Source of the DNA: Bacillota bacterium
Lineage (GTDB): Bacteria > Bacillota > Sulfobacillia > Sulfobacillales > JAIMBI01
DNA length: 58,707 nucleotides
Reading direction: 5' to 3'
Assembly (NCBI GenBank): GCA_021795575.1
Contig: JAJYPH010000003.1
Span: 1-58,707 of the forward strand
Shown in pieces: positions 28,137 to 38,222 of the stretch (positions are counted from its first letter, which is position 1; each line of letters starts with the position of its first letter). The notes beneath the pieces were generated by a model, which did not search any database, was not told the origin of the DNA, and was given only the letters and a program-made list of their open reading frames with translations. The position numbers and the translations under genes are program-made.

Positions 28137-29087
28137 ATGGGCCGCTATATTCTCCAACGTTTCATTCAGGCCATCCCGACCGTGATTGGGCTGACCATCG
28201 TGAGCTTCATGCTGGTCCACATCACCCCCGGGGGACCGGCCTATGCCATGCTGGGGCCGAAAGCCACGCCGGCCCGCGTCGCCGCCGTCGACCGCTCGCT
28301 CGGCCTGAACCTCCCGCTCTGGGACCAGTACGGCATCTGGGCCTGGCAGCTCCTGCACCTGAACCTGGGCATCTCATACTTCTACCTGCAGCCGGTCACG
28401 GTCCTGATTGAGCAGGCGCTGCCGGTCACCCTGGCGATCGTGGGCATCAGCTACGTGCTGGCGCACGGCATCGCGGTCGTGCTGGGCAGCGTCCAGGCGT
28501 ACTTCAAGAACGGCTGGTTCGACCACGGCACCACGAGCATCAACTACTTCCTGTATTCGATGCCCGGTTTCTGGCTCGCCATCCTGCTGCTGGTGTGGTT
28601 TGCGGTGGACATTCCCCTGTTCCCCACCGGCAATCTCTGCGACCCCAACACCGTGTGCAATCTGGGCACCTGGGCCTACCACATGGTGCTCCCGGTGATG
28701 TCGCTCACCATTGGCACCGTGGCTGGCTGGGCGCGGTACATGCGCACGTCGATGACGGACACCCTGGTCCAGGACTACATCCGCACCGCCCGGGCCAAGG
28801 GCCTCTCGGAAACCCGCGTGCTGTTCAAGCACGCGTGGCGCAACTCCGTGCTGCCGCTCATCACGCTCTTGGGCTACTTCTTCCCGACGATCTTCGGTGG
28901 CGCACTGGTGGTCGAGGAGATTTTCAACATCCCGGGAATGGGGCTCTTGACCTTCAACGCCGCCATCAAGCGGGACTACCCCATCGTCATGGCGGCCGTG
29001 CTCATCGGGGGCATCCTGGTGGTCATTGGCAACCTGGTGGCCGACCTGCTGTACGGGCTGGTTGACCCCCGCATCTCCTACGGCTAG
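28137..29087 (+). CDS. peptide ABC permease (OppB type)
   Basis: YIRTARAKGL, KHAWRNS, RDYP, DPRI. Confidence 0.92.
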   Translation: MGRYILQRFIQAIPTVIGLTIVSFMLVHITPGGPAYAMLGPKATPARVAAVDRSLGLNLPLWDQYGIWAWQLLHLNLGISYFYLQPVTVLIEQALPVTLAIVGISYVLAHGIAVVLGSVQAYFKNGWFDHGTTSINYFLYSMPGFWLAILLLVWFAVDIPLFPTGNLCDPNTVCNLGTWAYHMVLPVMSLTIGTVAGWARYMRTSMTDTLVQDYIRTARAKGLSETRVLFKHAWRNSVLPLITLLGYFFPTIFGGALVVEEIFNIPGMGLLTFNAAIKRDYPIVMAAVLIGGILVVIGNLVADLLYGLVDPRISYG

Positions 29088-29105
29088 GCTGTACGACGCT
29101 TACCG

Positions 29106-29141
29106 ACAGGGCGGCCCCGGAGGAATCCGGGGCCGCCCTGT
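29106..29141. terminator. hairpin between convergent oppB and spoIVA
   Basis: Perfect 16-bp stem with GGAA loop. Confidence 0.7.
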
Positions 29142-29196
29142 GATGGTGCTGACGCCAAGACGGCCAAGACGGCTGCTGACGACCATGCGGTCCTAC

Positions 29197-30675
29197 CTAG
29201 ATGATGATGCAGATGAGCCCGCCTGACCCTTCGTTGATGATCCGCTGCAGGGTTTCCTGAAGCTTTTCTTGGGCGTTTTCGGGCATGCGGAACAGCTTCT
29301 GCTGGATGCCTTCCCTCACCAGGTCGTGCAGCGGCTTGCCAAACAGATTGGTGTCCCACAGGCGGCTCGGGTCGTCCTCGAACTGCTCCATCAGGTACCG
29401 CACCAGCTCATCCGCCTGCCGCTCGGTCCCGATGATCGGCGTGATCTCCGTCTCGATGTCCGCCCGGATGAGATGAATCGACGGCGCCGTGGCCCTGAGG
29501 CGTACGCCAAACTGGTTGCCGCGGCGAATCAACTCGGGCTCCGCCAGGTCCAGTTCCTCAAGGCGCGGGGCCACCATGCCGTAACCGCCGAGCCGCACCT
29601 CGGCCACGGCATCCGCCACCTTGTCCCACTCGGCCTTGGCCGCCACAAAGTCGCCCCAGAGCTTCATCACGTCGGCGCGGTCGCCGACGTGCCGATCCGC
29701 CATCTCCCCCAGGACCCGGTAAAACAAGTCATCCTGCGCCAGGACGTGAATCACCGCCCGGCCGGTACCCAGCTCCAGCGCGTCCAAGCGCACCGCTCCC
29801 ACGGACTCGCGCGCTCGAAGCTCGGTCACGGCCCCCTCGATGTCCCGCACGCGACTCACCGCCACCCGAGCTTCCTCCATCGCGCGGGCGTATTGCTGCG
29901 CCAGCCAGTGGCTGTCCGGCAGGTTGGCCGCCCAGCCCGTCAGCACCACGGACAGGTCGCTGACCGGGAATTCGTACAGCACCTGTTCCAGCAGGTGCAC
30001 CAGGTCCACCTGACGAAGCTCCTGGCAATTCAGGGGTACCACCGGTACGTCATAGTCGATGGCCAGCGCCTCGGCCAGTTCGCAGGTGCCGGCGTCCGTC
30101 GGGGTCTGCGAGTTCAGCACCACACAGAAGGGCTTGCCCAGCTCTTTGAGCTCGCCCACCACCCTTTCCTCGGCCTCGAGAAACTGGTCGCGGCCAATCT
30201 CCCCAAAGGACCCGTCGGTCGTGACCACCAGCCCGATCGTGGAGTGCTCGGCAATCACCTTCCGCGTCCCGATTTCGGCCGCCTCTTCAAACGACATCGG
30301 CTCCTCCGACCAGGGTGTGAGCACCATCCGCGGCTCTTCCTGTTCGCTGTAGCCCAGCGCCGCGCCCACCGAATACCCCACGCAGTCCACGAGGCGTGCT
30401 CGGAGGCTCACCTGGTCGTTGAGTTGAATCTCGACCCCATCGTCCGGGATGAACTTGGGCTCCGTCGTCATGATGGTCCGCCCGGCCCCACTTTGTGGCA
30501 GGGCATCAATCGCCCGCTCGCGTTCGTTGGGGTCCTCAATCGCGGGGAGCACCATGCGCTCCATGAACCGCTTGATAAACGTGGACTTGCCGGTGCGGAC
30601 GGGGCCTACCACCCCGATGTAGACATCTCCGCCGGTACGTTCCGCCAGGTCCTTCAACAGGTCAAACTTCTCCAT
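29197..30675 (-). CDS. spoIVA: stage IV sporulation protein A
   Basis: GVVGPVRTGKSTFIKRF, TTEPKF, C-terminal GGLICIII. Confidence 0.98.
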   Translation of the reverse strand: MEKFDLLKDLAERTGGDVYIGVVGPVRTGKSTFIKRFMERMVLPAIEDPNERERAIDALPQSGAGRTIMTTEPKFIPDDGVEIQLNDQVSLRARLVDCVGYSVGAALGYSEQEEPRMVLTPWSEEPMSFEEAAEIGTRKVIAEHSTIGLVVTTDGSFGEIGRDQFLEAEERVVGELKELGKPFCVVLNSQTPTDAGTCELAEALAIDYDVPVVPLNCQELRQVDLVHLLEQVLYEFPVSDLSVVLTGWAANLPDSHWLAQQYARAMEEARVAVSRVRDIEGAVTELRARESVGAVRLDALELGTGRAVIHVLAQDDLFYRVLGEMADRHVGDRADVMKLWGDFVAAKAEWDKVADAVAEVRLGGYGMVAPRLEELDLAEPELIRRGNQFGVRLRATAPSIHLIRADIETEITPIIGTERQADELVRYLMEQFEDDPSRLWDTNLFGKPLHDLVREGIQQKLFRMPENAQEKLQETLQRIINEGSGGLICIII

Positions 30676-30776
30676 TCCGCCGCATTCCCTCCCCGCTCTC
30701 GGCTGGAGTCCCCCGAAGTGCTCATCGGCCCGGTGCCGGCGTCGGCCGCGGCGCGTGTGGCCGCCTGTCCCCCACC

Positions 30777-30805
30777 ACCGTATGTCCGCCCGTGACACGA
30801 TATGA
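30777..30805 (-). promoter_or_regulatory. sigma-E promoter for spoIVA
   Basis: TCATATC-N14-CATACGGT, close to the sigma-E consensus. Confidence 0.75.
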
Positions 30806-30891
30806 AGCGGTGGGCCGGGGGATACGCACGATCTCCCAGACGGACCGAACAGACGGGCAGCGGGGGACGGGACCGAGGAGGGGTTCGACCG

Positions 30892-32208
30892 TTAAGCGTC
30901 CGGGCCCTGACGGTTTCGGCGTGGCCGAAAGGAGAGCCGGACCGGAGTGCCGGCGAAGTCCCAGCGTTCGCGGATCCGCCGTTCCAGGTGCCGGCGGTAC
31001 GAAAAGTGGACCAGGTCCGGGTCGTTCGCGAAAAACACAAAGTGTGGCGGGTGCGTACCCACCTGGGTACCGTAGTAAAGACGCACGGGGCGTCCATGGC
31101 TGGTGGGCGGCGGCACCACCGCGACGGTTTCCCGCAGGAGGCGGTTCACGGCGCCCGTGGACACGCGACGACCAAAATTGCCGTAGGCGGTCGTGATGGG
31201 TTCCCACAGGCGCTCCATGCCCCAGCCGGTCTTCACGGAGAGCGGCACGACGGGCGCATACGGCATGAAGTCAAATTCCTCCTGCAGGGCGGGCAGCAGC
31301 GCCCGCGTGCTGGGCACCAGGTCGGCCTTGTTGAGCACCAGGACCGCCGCCCGGTGATGCCGCACCACCTGGCTCGCGATGCGCAGGTCCTGTTGGCTCG
31401 CGGGCTCCTCGGCCGACACCATCATGAGCACCAGGTCGGCCTCGCGGATGGCCGCGAGGGTGCGGAGCACCGTCTTCGATTCCAACTCCGCCCGAATGCG
31501 GGCGGGTCGCCGAAGCCCCGCCGTATCCAGTAGTTCCAAGCGGCCGGACGGGGTGTCCAGCTGGACATTGACCACGTCCCGGGTCGTGCCCGCGATGGGG
31601 GTGACCAGCGTACGCTCCGCACCCACCAGACGGTTCAGGAGAGACGACTTGCCCACATTGGGCCGCCCGGCAATCGCCACGCGAATGAGCGGAGCGGCGG
31701 GCGCCTCGCTCCCATCGGGGGGGCCGGGAAAGCGGTCCACCACCAAGTCGAGGAGGTCCCCGACGTTCAGGCCGTGGGTGGCCGAGACGGGGAGGGGATC
31801 CCCCAGGCCCAGCCGATACAGGTCCGTGAGATCGACGCGGCCCTCGGCCTTATTGGCCACCAGCAGCACCGGCTTGGAGGTTTTCCGCAGGAGGTCCGCC
31901 ACGGCTTCGTCGGCCGCTGACAAATCTGCCTGCGCATCCACCACCAGCGCCACCACGTCCGCTTCCTGAACCGCCATCAGGGTTTGCCGGCGCATGTAGG
32001 CAGGCATCTGGTCCTCGCGCTCGGCTTCCCAGAGCCCGCCCGTGTCCACAATCCGAAAGTGATAGCCATTCCAGTCGGTTTCCGCGTAAAGTCGGTCGCG
32101 CGTCACCCCGGGCTCGTCGCGCACCAACGCGGTCCGCGACTCGGCCATCCGGTTGAACAGCGCCGACTTGCCCACGTTCGGGCGCCCGACCAACGCCAAC
32201 GTATACAT
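30892..32208 (-). CDS. der: ribosome biogenesis GTPase Der/EngA
   Basis: Two GRPNVGKS motifs, GVTRD, GTTRD, KH-like C-terminus. Confidence 0.96.
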   Translation of the reverse strand: MYTLALVGRPNVGKSALFNRMAESRTALVRDEPGVTRDRLYAETDWNGYHFRIVDTGGLWEAEREDQMPAYMRRQTLMAVQEADVVALVVDAQADLSAADEAVADLLRKTSKPVLLVANKAEGRVDLTDLYRLGLGDPLPVSATHGLNVGDLLDLVVDRFPGPPDGSEAPAAPLIRVAIAGRPNVGKSSLLNRLVGAERTLVTPIAGTTRDVVNVQLDTPSGRLELLDTAGLRRPARIRAELESKTVLRTLAAIREADLVLMMVSAEEPASQQDLRIASQVVRHHRAAVLVLNKADLVPSTRALLPALQEEFDFMPYAPVVPLSVKTGWGMERLWEPITTAYGNFGRRVSTGAVNRLLRETVAVVPPPTSHGRPVRLYYGTQVGTHPPHFVFFANDPDLVHFSYRRHLERRIRERWDFAGTPVRLSFRPRRNRQGPDA

Positions 32209-32284
32209 CGCGATGCGCACGTGCTCCTTCGTGTGGCGACCGATCCGGCAATATAAGGGATGCCTGCAGGCGACCCCCGTTAGT

Positions 32285-32866
32285 CTACCAGCCTTTCCGC
32301 GGACGAGCCACCCCAGCGCTGGGACGAGGGTGCCGGTCCACGACCGCGCCCACGCCAAACGCCACCGCCGCAGCCACGCTGACCAGATACCAGGCGGATG
32401 CCCCGAGCGGCCCGTGCAGCAGTGCCCCCAGGCTTCCGCCGCCCACCGCGGTCGCCGCAGCCAGCACGGGATCTCCCACCAGCACCCCCGCCAACAGCCC
32501 CAACACCGCCGCCTCGGGGCCAATCACCCCGGTCGGCCAGCCCATCGGGGCGCCGTACGGGACCAGGCTCCGCAACACCAGGCTCGCGGCCGCCACGGTC
32601 GCCCAGCTGAAAAGCAGCGAGGGCCGTACGTGGACGGTCACCGCCACCGCCGCCAACAGGATCGTGGCCAAACCGAGATCGACTCGATGAAACGGGGCGG
32701 GGGACCCCAGGGCCGGGACCCACCATCCCAGCACCCACACCGCCAACGCCCCGGCGAACCACCGGCGCCCCCGGCCGTCCCAAGGTGCCGGCCGTTTTTT
32801 GGGCCAACCGGTCGCCACCAACGCCACGCTAACCGCCACCACCGTCTCGGCCGCCACCAAGTGCAC
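32285..32866 (-). CDS. hypothetical multi-pass membrane protein (YphA-like position)
   Basis: About 6 hydrophobic helices; GGGG RBS; lies upstream of der. Confidence 0.6.
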   Translation of the reverse strand: MHLVAAETVVAVSVALVATGWPKKRPAPWDGRGRRWFAGALAVWVLGWWVPALGSPAPFHRVDLGLATILLAAVAVTVHVRPSLLFSWATVAAASLVLRSLVPYGAPMGWPTGVIGPEAAVLGLLAGVLVGDPVLAAATAVGGGSLGALLHGPLGASAWYLVSVAAAVAFGVGAVVDRHPRPSAGVARPRKGW

Positions 32867-33068
32867 CCCATCCCCCCGCCCTAGGGTCGTCGGCGGTGTC
32901 GGGCACTATACCGGGTCCACCCGGCATGGTATCCTCGCGTGGTCCGCGTGCCGGCGCATGCGGTCGGCACAGTGGCCGCGCGACACGACCATAAATATCC
33001 GTGGCATGACAAGACCATGCGGCCACGTCCGAAGGGGGGAGCGCGGCCCATCATGGGCCGCCGTCCAT

Positions 33069-33671
33069 GTGAAAAGGCGGGCACCGGCACCTGACACGCA
33101 TCCTCTAGCCCATCGCCGCGGGGTGGTTCTGGCGGGCCTGATGGCGGCGCTCACGGCGGTGGGCGCACTGACGGCCATCACCGTACCGTTCCTGTCACCG
33201 GTTCCCTTCACCCTACAGGTGCTGGCGGTCTTTATCGCGGCCGGCCTGCTGCCCCCCCGGTACGCGGTCCTGGCCGAGGGGGTCTATCTGTTGGCCGGGG
33301 TCCTGGGCCTGCCGGTGTTTGCCGGCGGCGCGCGCGGCCTAAGTGTGCTGCTGGGGCCCTTCGGGGGCTACCTTTGGGCGTATCCCGCCGCCGCCGGCCT
33401 GGGGAGCCTGGCAGCCCGCCGGTCTCCGCACGGTATCGCCCGGGCGGCCGGACTGGCCACGACCCTCGTCGTCATCTACGCCGGGGGAGCCGCCGGCCTC
33501 GTGTTGCTTGGTCACCTCACGCTGGTGCGGGCCGTAGCCCTCGGGGTGCTGCCGTTCATCCCCTGGGACGCGTTGAAGGCCCTACTGGCCTATCCTGTTC
33601 TGCGCCAACTGGAGCCGCTGCTTCCGAAGTCCCCCGCGCCGGTGCGGACCACCGACAACGTTTGGTCCTGA
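33069..33671 (+). CDS. bioY: biotin transporter BioY (start uncertain)
   Basis: PVPFTLQ, GLPVFAGG, GPFGGYL, PFIPWD. Confidence 0.92.
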   Translation: MKRRAPAPDTHPLAHRRGVVLAGLMAALTAVGALTAITVPFLSPVPFTLQVLAVFIAAGLLPPRYAVLAEGVYLLAGVLGLPVFAGGARGLSVLLGPFGGYLWAYPAAAGLGSLAARRSPHGIARAAGLATTLVVIYAGGAAGLVLLGHLTLVRAVALGVLPFIPWDALKALLAYPVLRQLEPLLPKSPAPVRTTDNVWS

Positions 33672-33691
33672 CCGACTCCGGAAGCCGTCCA

Positions 33692-35008
33692 TTAGGACGG
33701 CTTCCCGGGATCCTCGTCGTCCCAGTTGCCGGCATGGTAGGCGGTCATGTGCTTGCCCGAGCCTGGTCCCTCGTCCGGCGTGGCCTCGGGGCTGCCTTCG
33801 GTCGAGGACTCGTCGGCACCGGTCTGCTCCGTCACGGGCTCCACATATTCCACGTCGGCATCCCGCTTGGACAGCGAGATGCGCTTTTGCTGGGGGTCCA
33901 CGTACAAGACCTTCACCCGCACCCGATCCCCCACGCTCACCACGTCGCCTGGCGTTTCTACGCGATAGTCAGCCAGCTGCGAGACGTGGACCAATCCGTC
34001 CACCCCCGGCTCCAGCTCCACAAATACCCCAAACGACGCGAGCCGCACCACTGTGCCTTCCAGAACCGCCCCCTCCGGGTAGCGCTCCTGTACCACGTCC
34101 CAGGGATTAGGGTTTACCTGCCTAAGGCCCAGCGAAATTTTGTGCCGGTCGCGGTCGAGGCGGAGCACCTTCACCCGGATGGTTTCTCCGATCGTTAAAA
34201 TCTCCGACGGATGCTGAATCCGTCCCCACGACATCTCGGAGATGTGCAGGAGGCCGTCGGTCCCGCCCATGTCCACAAAGGCGCCGAAATCCGTCAGGCT
34301 TTTCACAACCCCCTCGCGCACCTGGCCTTCTTCCACGGAGGCCCACAGCTGCTCTCGCTGGGACCGGCCCTCTTCGTCCAGCACCACCCGGCGCGACAAA
34401 ATCGCACGGCGCTTGGACCGGTCCAGTTCTATGACGCGTACGCGAATGTTTTGCCCCAAAAACGGCTGCAGGTCGTTCACGAATCCTTTCGCCACATGCG
34501 AGGAGGGCACGAAGCCCCGCATGCCCACGTCAACGACCAATCCCCCCCGGACCACCTCGGTGACCACGGGCTCGAGCACCTCGCCGGACTTCAGAGCCTC
34601 TTCCAGCCGCGACCACGCGAGGGTCTCGTCGGCGCGCCGCTTCGAGAGCCGCAGCATGCCCTCGTCGCCCTCCCACCCCAGCACAAACACGGTGATCTGG
34701 TCGCCGATGGCCACCACGTCCTCGGGGCGGTCGGCCCGCCGATGGGACAGGTCATGCAGGTGGATGATGCCCTCGGACTTGGCGCCGACGTCCACCAGCA
34801 CAGTGTCCCCAGAAATTTGCACGACGGTGCCGGTCACGGTTTGCCCCGGGCGCACATCGCCGCCCGCGTGCATGCCCATGGACTGTTCCAGGGCTTCCTG
34901 ATCGGTTCCGGTCTCGTCGCCACTCGCCTCGGGGCCCTTGGGCGGCTGCTCTCCAGGTGCCGCGTGCTTCCTGTCCCATCGCTCGTCGGTGTCCGTCCCC
35001 ATCGCCAT
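33692..35008 (-). CDS. rpsA: 30S ribosomal protein S1 (four S1 domains)
   Basis: Repeated S1 motifs (FGAFVD, DGLLHISE, ISLS); cmk-plsC-rpsA synteny. Confidence 0.93.
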   Translation of the reverse strand: MAMGTDTDERWDRKHAAPGEQPPKGPEASGDETGTDQEALEQSMGMHAGGDVRPGQTVTGTVVQISGDTVLVDVGAKSEGIIHLHDLSHRRADRPEDVVAIGDQITVFVLGWEGDEGMLRLSKRRADETLAWSRLEEALKSGEVLEPVVTEVVRGGLVVDVGMRGFVPSSHVAKGFVNDLQPFLGQNIRVRVIELDRSKRRAILSRRVVLDEEGRSQREQLWASVEEGQVREGVVKSLTDFGAFVDMGGTDGLLHISEMSWGRIQHPSEILTIGETIRVKVLRLDRDRHKISLGLRQVNPNPWDVVQERYPEGAVLEGTVVRLASFGVFVELEPGVDGLVHVSQLADYRVETPGDVVSVGDRVRVKVLYVDPQQKRISLSKRDADVEYVEPVTEQTGADESSTEGSPEATPDEGPGSGKHMTAYHAGNWDDEDPGKPS

Positions 35009-35071
35009 CCCCCGTGTAGACCTCCCTAAAAGATGCCAGCGGCATCGTCCTCCATCGTCGTCTGAGCCATG

Positions 35072-35659
35072 TTATACCTTTTCCGCCGCCCCGGCCACAC
35101 TGCCCGGATGCAGCGCCACATTCACCGCAATCTGGGTCCGAATGGCCTCCCGGATCCGGGAGCTGGCGTCATCCAACGATAGGTCCGCTGGAATGGTAAA
35201 CGCCCCGCCCACCTGAAAGGTGACCGCCTGGCGAAGCCGATACCGCCCCACCAACCCCACCGGCACGATGGCGCATCCCGTCTTGCGGGCCAAATAGGCC
35301 GCTCCCCGGCGCAGCTCCTGCAGCTCCCCCGTCTCACTGCGGTGGCCCTCGGGAAACAGGATGAGCATGCCGCCGGCCTGCAGGATCGCGAGGGACGTCC
35401 TTAGGGACCGGCGGTCAGGGCGGCCACGGCGCACCGGGTAGGCATGCACCTGGCGAATCAGCCACCCCAGGCCGGGGGTATGAAACAACTCATCCTTGGC
35501 CATGTACCACGCGGGCCGTCGCATGAGCGCCCCCAACGTCGGCGGATCAAAAGCCGTCAGGTGGTTGCACACCACGATCGCCGGCCCATCCGGCACCGGC
35601 TCCCCCTCCAGCCGTAGCCGAAACAGGAGCCCCAGTCCCAAACGGACCACCCAGTACAA
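35072..35659 (-). CDS. plsC: 1-acyl-sn-glycerol-3-phosphate acyltransferase
   Basis: NHLTAFD, FPEGHRS. Confidence 0.9.
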   Translation of the reverse strand: MYWVVRLGLGLLFRLRLEGEPVPDGPAIVVCNHLTAFDPPTLGALMRRPAWYMAKDELFHTPGLGWLIRQVHAYPVRRGRPDRRSLRTSLAILQAGGMLILFPEGHRSETGELQELRRGAAYLARKTGCAIVPVGLVGRYRLRQAVTFQVGGAFTIPADLSLDDASSRIREAIRTQIAVNVALHPGSVAGAAEKV

Positions 35660-35677
35660 CAGACAGTACAGGTCAAA

Positions 35678-36367
35678 TCACCTGCCTCGGACCACCGCGA
35701 GAATCTGATCAACCACCTGGGTGACCGACAGGTCCGTGGTGTCGATCGCATGCGCGTCCGGCGCACACTCCAGCGGACCCACGGCCCGGGTGGAGTCCAT
35801 GCGGTCCCGGTCGACAATCTCCTGCTGCAGTACCCGGACGTCCACCGGAAAGCCCCGGGCAGCCAGCTCCCGGTGCCGCCGCGCCGCCCGGGCCTCGAGG
35901 GACGCGGTGAGGAAAAACTTAAAAGGGGCATCCGGCAGGACATAGGTCCCGATGTCCCGGCCATCCATCACCACGCCGCCCAGCTCGGCCAGGGCCCGCT
36001 GGCGCTCCACCATTCCCGCCCGAACACCCGGCACGCTGGCGACCTGCGCCACCGTCGCATGCACCTCCGGCCGTCGGATGGCGTCGGTGACGTCCTGCCC
36101 GTCCAGCCACACGCGCAACTGGCGATTCGGATCTTCCGCGACATGAATGTCCGCCTTCTGCAGCAGGTCAACCAAGCGGACGGCGTCCGCCACATCCGTC
36201 CTCGTGGCCAGTGCCCTCAACGCCAAGGCGCGGTACATGGCTCCCGTGTCCAGGTACAACAGCCCGAGACGCGACGCCACTAGGCGGGCGACGGTGCTCT
36301 TCCCGGCCCCGGCCGGCCCGTCGACCGCGACCACCAGGGTCGATGGCTTCTCGGCTTCTCCCTGCAT
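35678..36367 (-). CDS. cmk: cytidylate kinase
   Basis: DGPAGAGKST, DTGAMYR, MDGRDIG. Confidence 0.96.
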   Translation of the reverse strand: MQGEAEKPSTLVVAVDGPAGAGKSTVARLVASRLGLLYLDTGAMYRALALRALATRTDVADAVRLVDLLQKADIHVAEDPNRQLRVWLDGQDVTDAIRRPEVHATVAQVASVPGVRAGMVERQRALAELGGVVMDGRDIGTYVLPDAPFKFFLTASLEARAARRHRELAARGFPVDVRVLQQEIVDRDRMDSTRAVGPLECAPDAHAIDTTDLSVTQVVDQILAVVRGR

Positions 36368-36482
36368 GCGACCCCATCATCCTAACTGCGTCCCGACTGC
36401 GTCCTCTGCCTGTTCTCTCGGCGTTTTCCCGGCATCCTGCCTCCGTCGCACCGGATCCTGCGCCCAGCAGGCGTCCGCCCGA

Positions 36483-36839
36483 TCACTCCCCGGCCAGGTC
36501 CGGCCGGAGCCGTCGCGCGTCCCCGCGGTACACGTGCACCGGTGCCGCGAGCCGGGCTCGCTCGACCAGCATCATCACGCGCAAAACCTTGGGGGGCGCC
36601 CCGGGCACGGCCACCTCCTGCATGCACATGAGTCCCACCGCGCTCCAGCCCAGGTTCCGCGCGGCCTCAGCCGGAAACGCCGCGTCCAGGTCCGGTGTCA
36701 GGGTGAACAGCACGGCCACCAGCTCGGACGGGGCCAGCGCATTGGCTCGCTGCATCTCGCGCAGCAACGCCCCCGCCGCCTCCAAGATGTCCTCCCGCGT
36801 GTTGGCGGGCACCGAAATCGCGCCACGGATGGCCAGCAT
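36483..36839 (-). CDS. aroH: chorismate mutase, AroH class
   Basis: AIRGA, FT.TPDL.AAFPA, HVY...A..LRPD. Confidence 0.93.
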   Translation of the reverse strand: MLAIRGAISVPANTREDILEAAGALLREMQRANALAPSELVAVLFTLTPDLDAAFPAEAARNLGWSAVGLMCMQEVAVPGAPPKVLRVMMLVERARLAAPVHVYRGDARRLRPDLAGE

Positions 36840-36889
36840 CCCATCCCCCCTGCCCGCCGAGCATATCACGGGCCGGGCGGCGCGTCGCC

Positions 36890-37057
36890 TCAGCGCGGAA
36901 ACGATACGGCGTGCTGAGCGTCGCGCCGGACCCGATCCTGGCACGCTTCGCACACGTATGGTTCCAGATCCCCCGGATGTTCCCTGAGCCGCTCAAAGTC
37001 ATGCTGCCACTTGGCCAATTCCACCGCCTGCCCGCAGACAGCGCACTTGACTTCCAC
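36890..37057 (-). CDS. small zinc-ribbon protein (YlaI/DUF2197-like), 55 aa, not in the ORF track
   Basis: [10 protein letters not shown] + GTG; MEVKCAVCG...YVCEACQDRV (two CxxC). Confidence 0.8.
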   Translation of the reverse strand: MEVKCAVCGQAVELAKWQHDFERLREHPGDLEPYVCEACQDRVRRDAQHAVSFPR

Positions 37058-37109
37058 TTGAATCCCCTCCCACTATGATATTAGGGGCCGAGGGGTCGAC
37101 CCGAACAAC

Positions 37110-38222
37110 GTGAGGTGCACTTTGGACGTCAGCTGGAACCCGCCGTCCGCCGTCGAGCCCGCTGCCGGCGGTCACCGCATGCCGCTACCCGCCGGACCGC
37201 TTTCTGTGGGCGCCGTCTGGGGGGCGCTGCCGTCGCCGCGTCGCGAGGCCGCGCGCGACTATCTTGCCCAGGACCGCCTGGTCCACCGGTTTCGCCGCGG
37301 CCGCGCGTACCTGGCCATCCTCCAAGGCCACCAAGACGCGTACCACGTCTATTGTGAAGAGGGGCCGGACGTCTGGCAAGTAGGATGCACCTGCGGGCGG
37401 CGGATGCCCTGCACGCACGTGGGGGCCCTGCTGTTCGCCGTCGCCCAGGACTCCGGGCACTTTGCCGCCTGGACCCCGGCGGCTCGGCGCTGGCAGTCCC
37501 AGGCTGACTGGGCCTGGGAGTGGGCGCGCGGCGCTTCGTTCCCGTGGGCGGCCCTTAACCCTGAGCAGCCGCTGGCTGACCCGCCCGCGACCCATGACAC
37601 AGCCTTGCCCGATCCGGCCGCGACACTGGCCGACGTCCCCGCGCGTCGACTGTCGCGCGCCCTCGGTGACGTGGTCCGGACTGCGCATCCCGGCTGGTGG
37701 GAACACCAGGGCTTTGTCAGCGCCGTGGTCGAGGCGTTCCTGCGCTTGGCCCGCGTCAACCCCGATCCGTTGGCGCAGGTGGAGTGGATTCAGCGCCTCG
37801 CGGAGGAACCGCGCATCCCCTGTGGGCCACTCTTTCCCGTTCAGCGTGCGCCGCACCCGGCCGTCGCGGCCGCCTGGCGCAGCACGTTGTGGGACCTGGC
37901 CCGCGCCCACGCCCTCGATCCGCGACCGTCCCAGGCGCTGGCGGCGCGGGCGCTGTTGGCTCTCGCCCCGCTCGCCGCAACCCGCCCCGACATACGCGGC
38001 GAGTTTGCCTGGGCGCTGCCTGATGGCCCCAGCCAAGCAGAACCCCTCCTCCAGCAGGGCCGCGCCGCCGAAGCCTGGTGGCATCTGTCGCGCGCTGACG
38101 ACGGGACCCCCGACCCGTTTCACCCGTCGACTCGAGACCCCTACCGACTAGCGGCGCAACGGCTCGCCAAGTCCCTCATCACGGGAGACGCGTCGCCACC
38201 GACGCCGGACCCCCGGGCCTGA
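37110..38222 (+). CDS. SWIM zinc-finger domain protein (start uncertain)
   Basis: CTCGRRMPCTH (CxC..CxH) followed by ALL. Confidence 0.7.
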   Translation: MRCTLDVSWNPPSAVEPAAGGHRMPLPAGPLSVGAVWGALPSPRREAARDYLAQDRLVHRFRRGRAYLAILQGHQDAYHVYCEEGPDVWQVGCTCGRRMPCTHVGALLFAVAQDSGHFAAWTPAARRWQSQADWAWEWARGASFPWAALNPEQPLADPPATHDTALPDPAATLADVPARRLSRALGDVVRTAHPGWWEHQGFVSAVVEAFLRLARVNPDPLAQVEWIQRLAEEPRIPCGPLFPVQRAPHPAVAAAWRSTLWDLARAHALDPRPSQALAARALLALAPLAATRPDIRGEFAWALPDGPSQAEPLLQQGRAAEAWWHLSRADDGTPDPFHPSTRDPYRLAAQRLAKSLITGDASPPTPDPRA

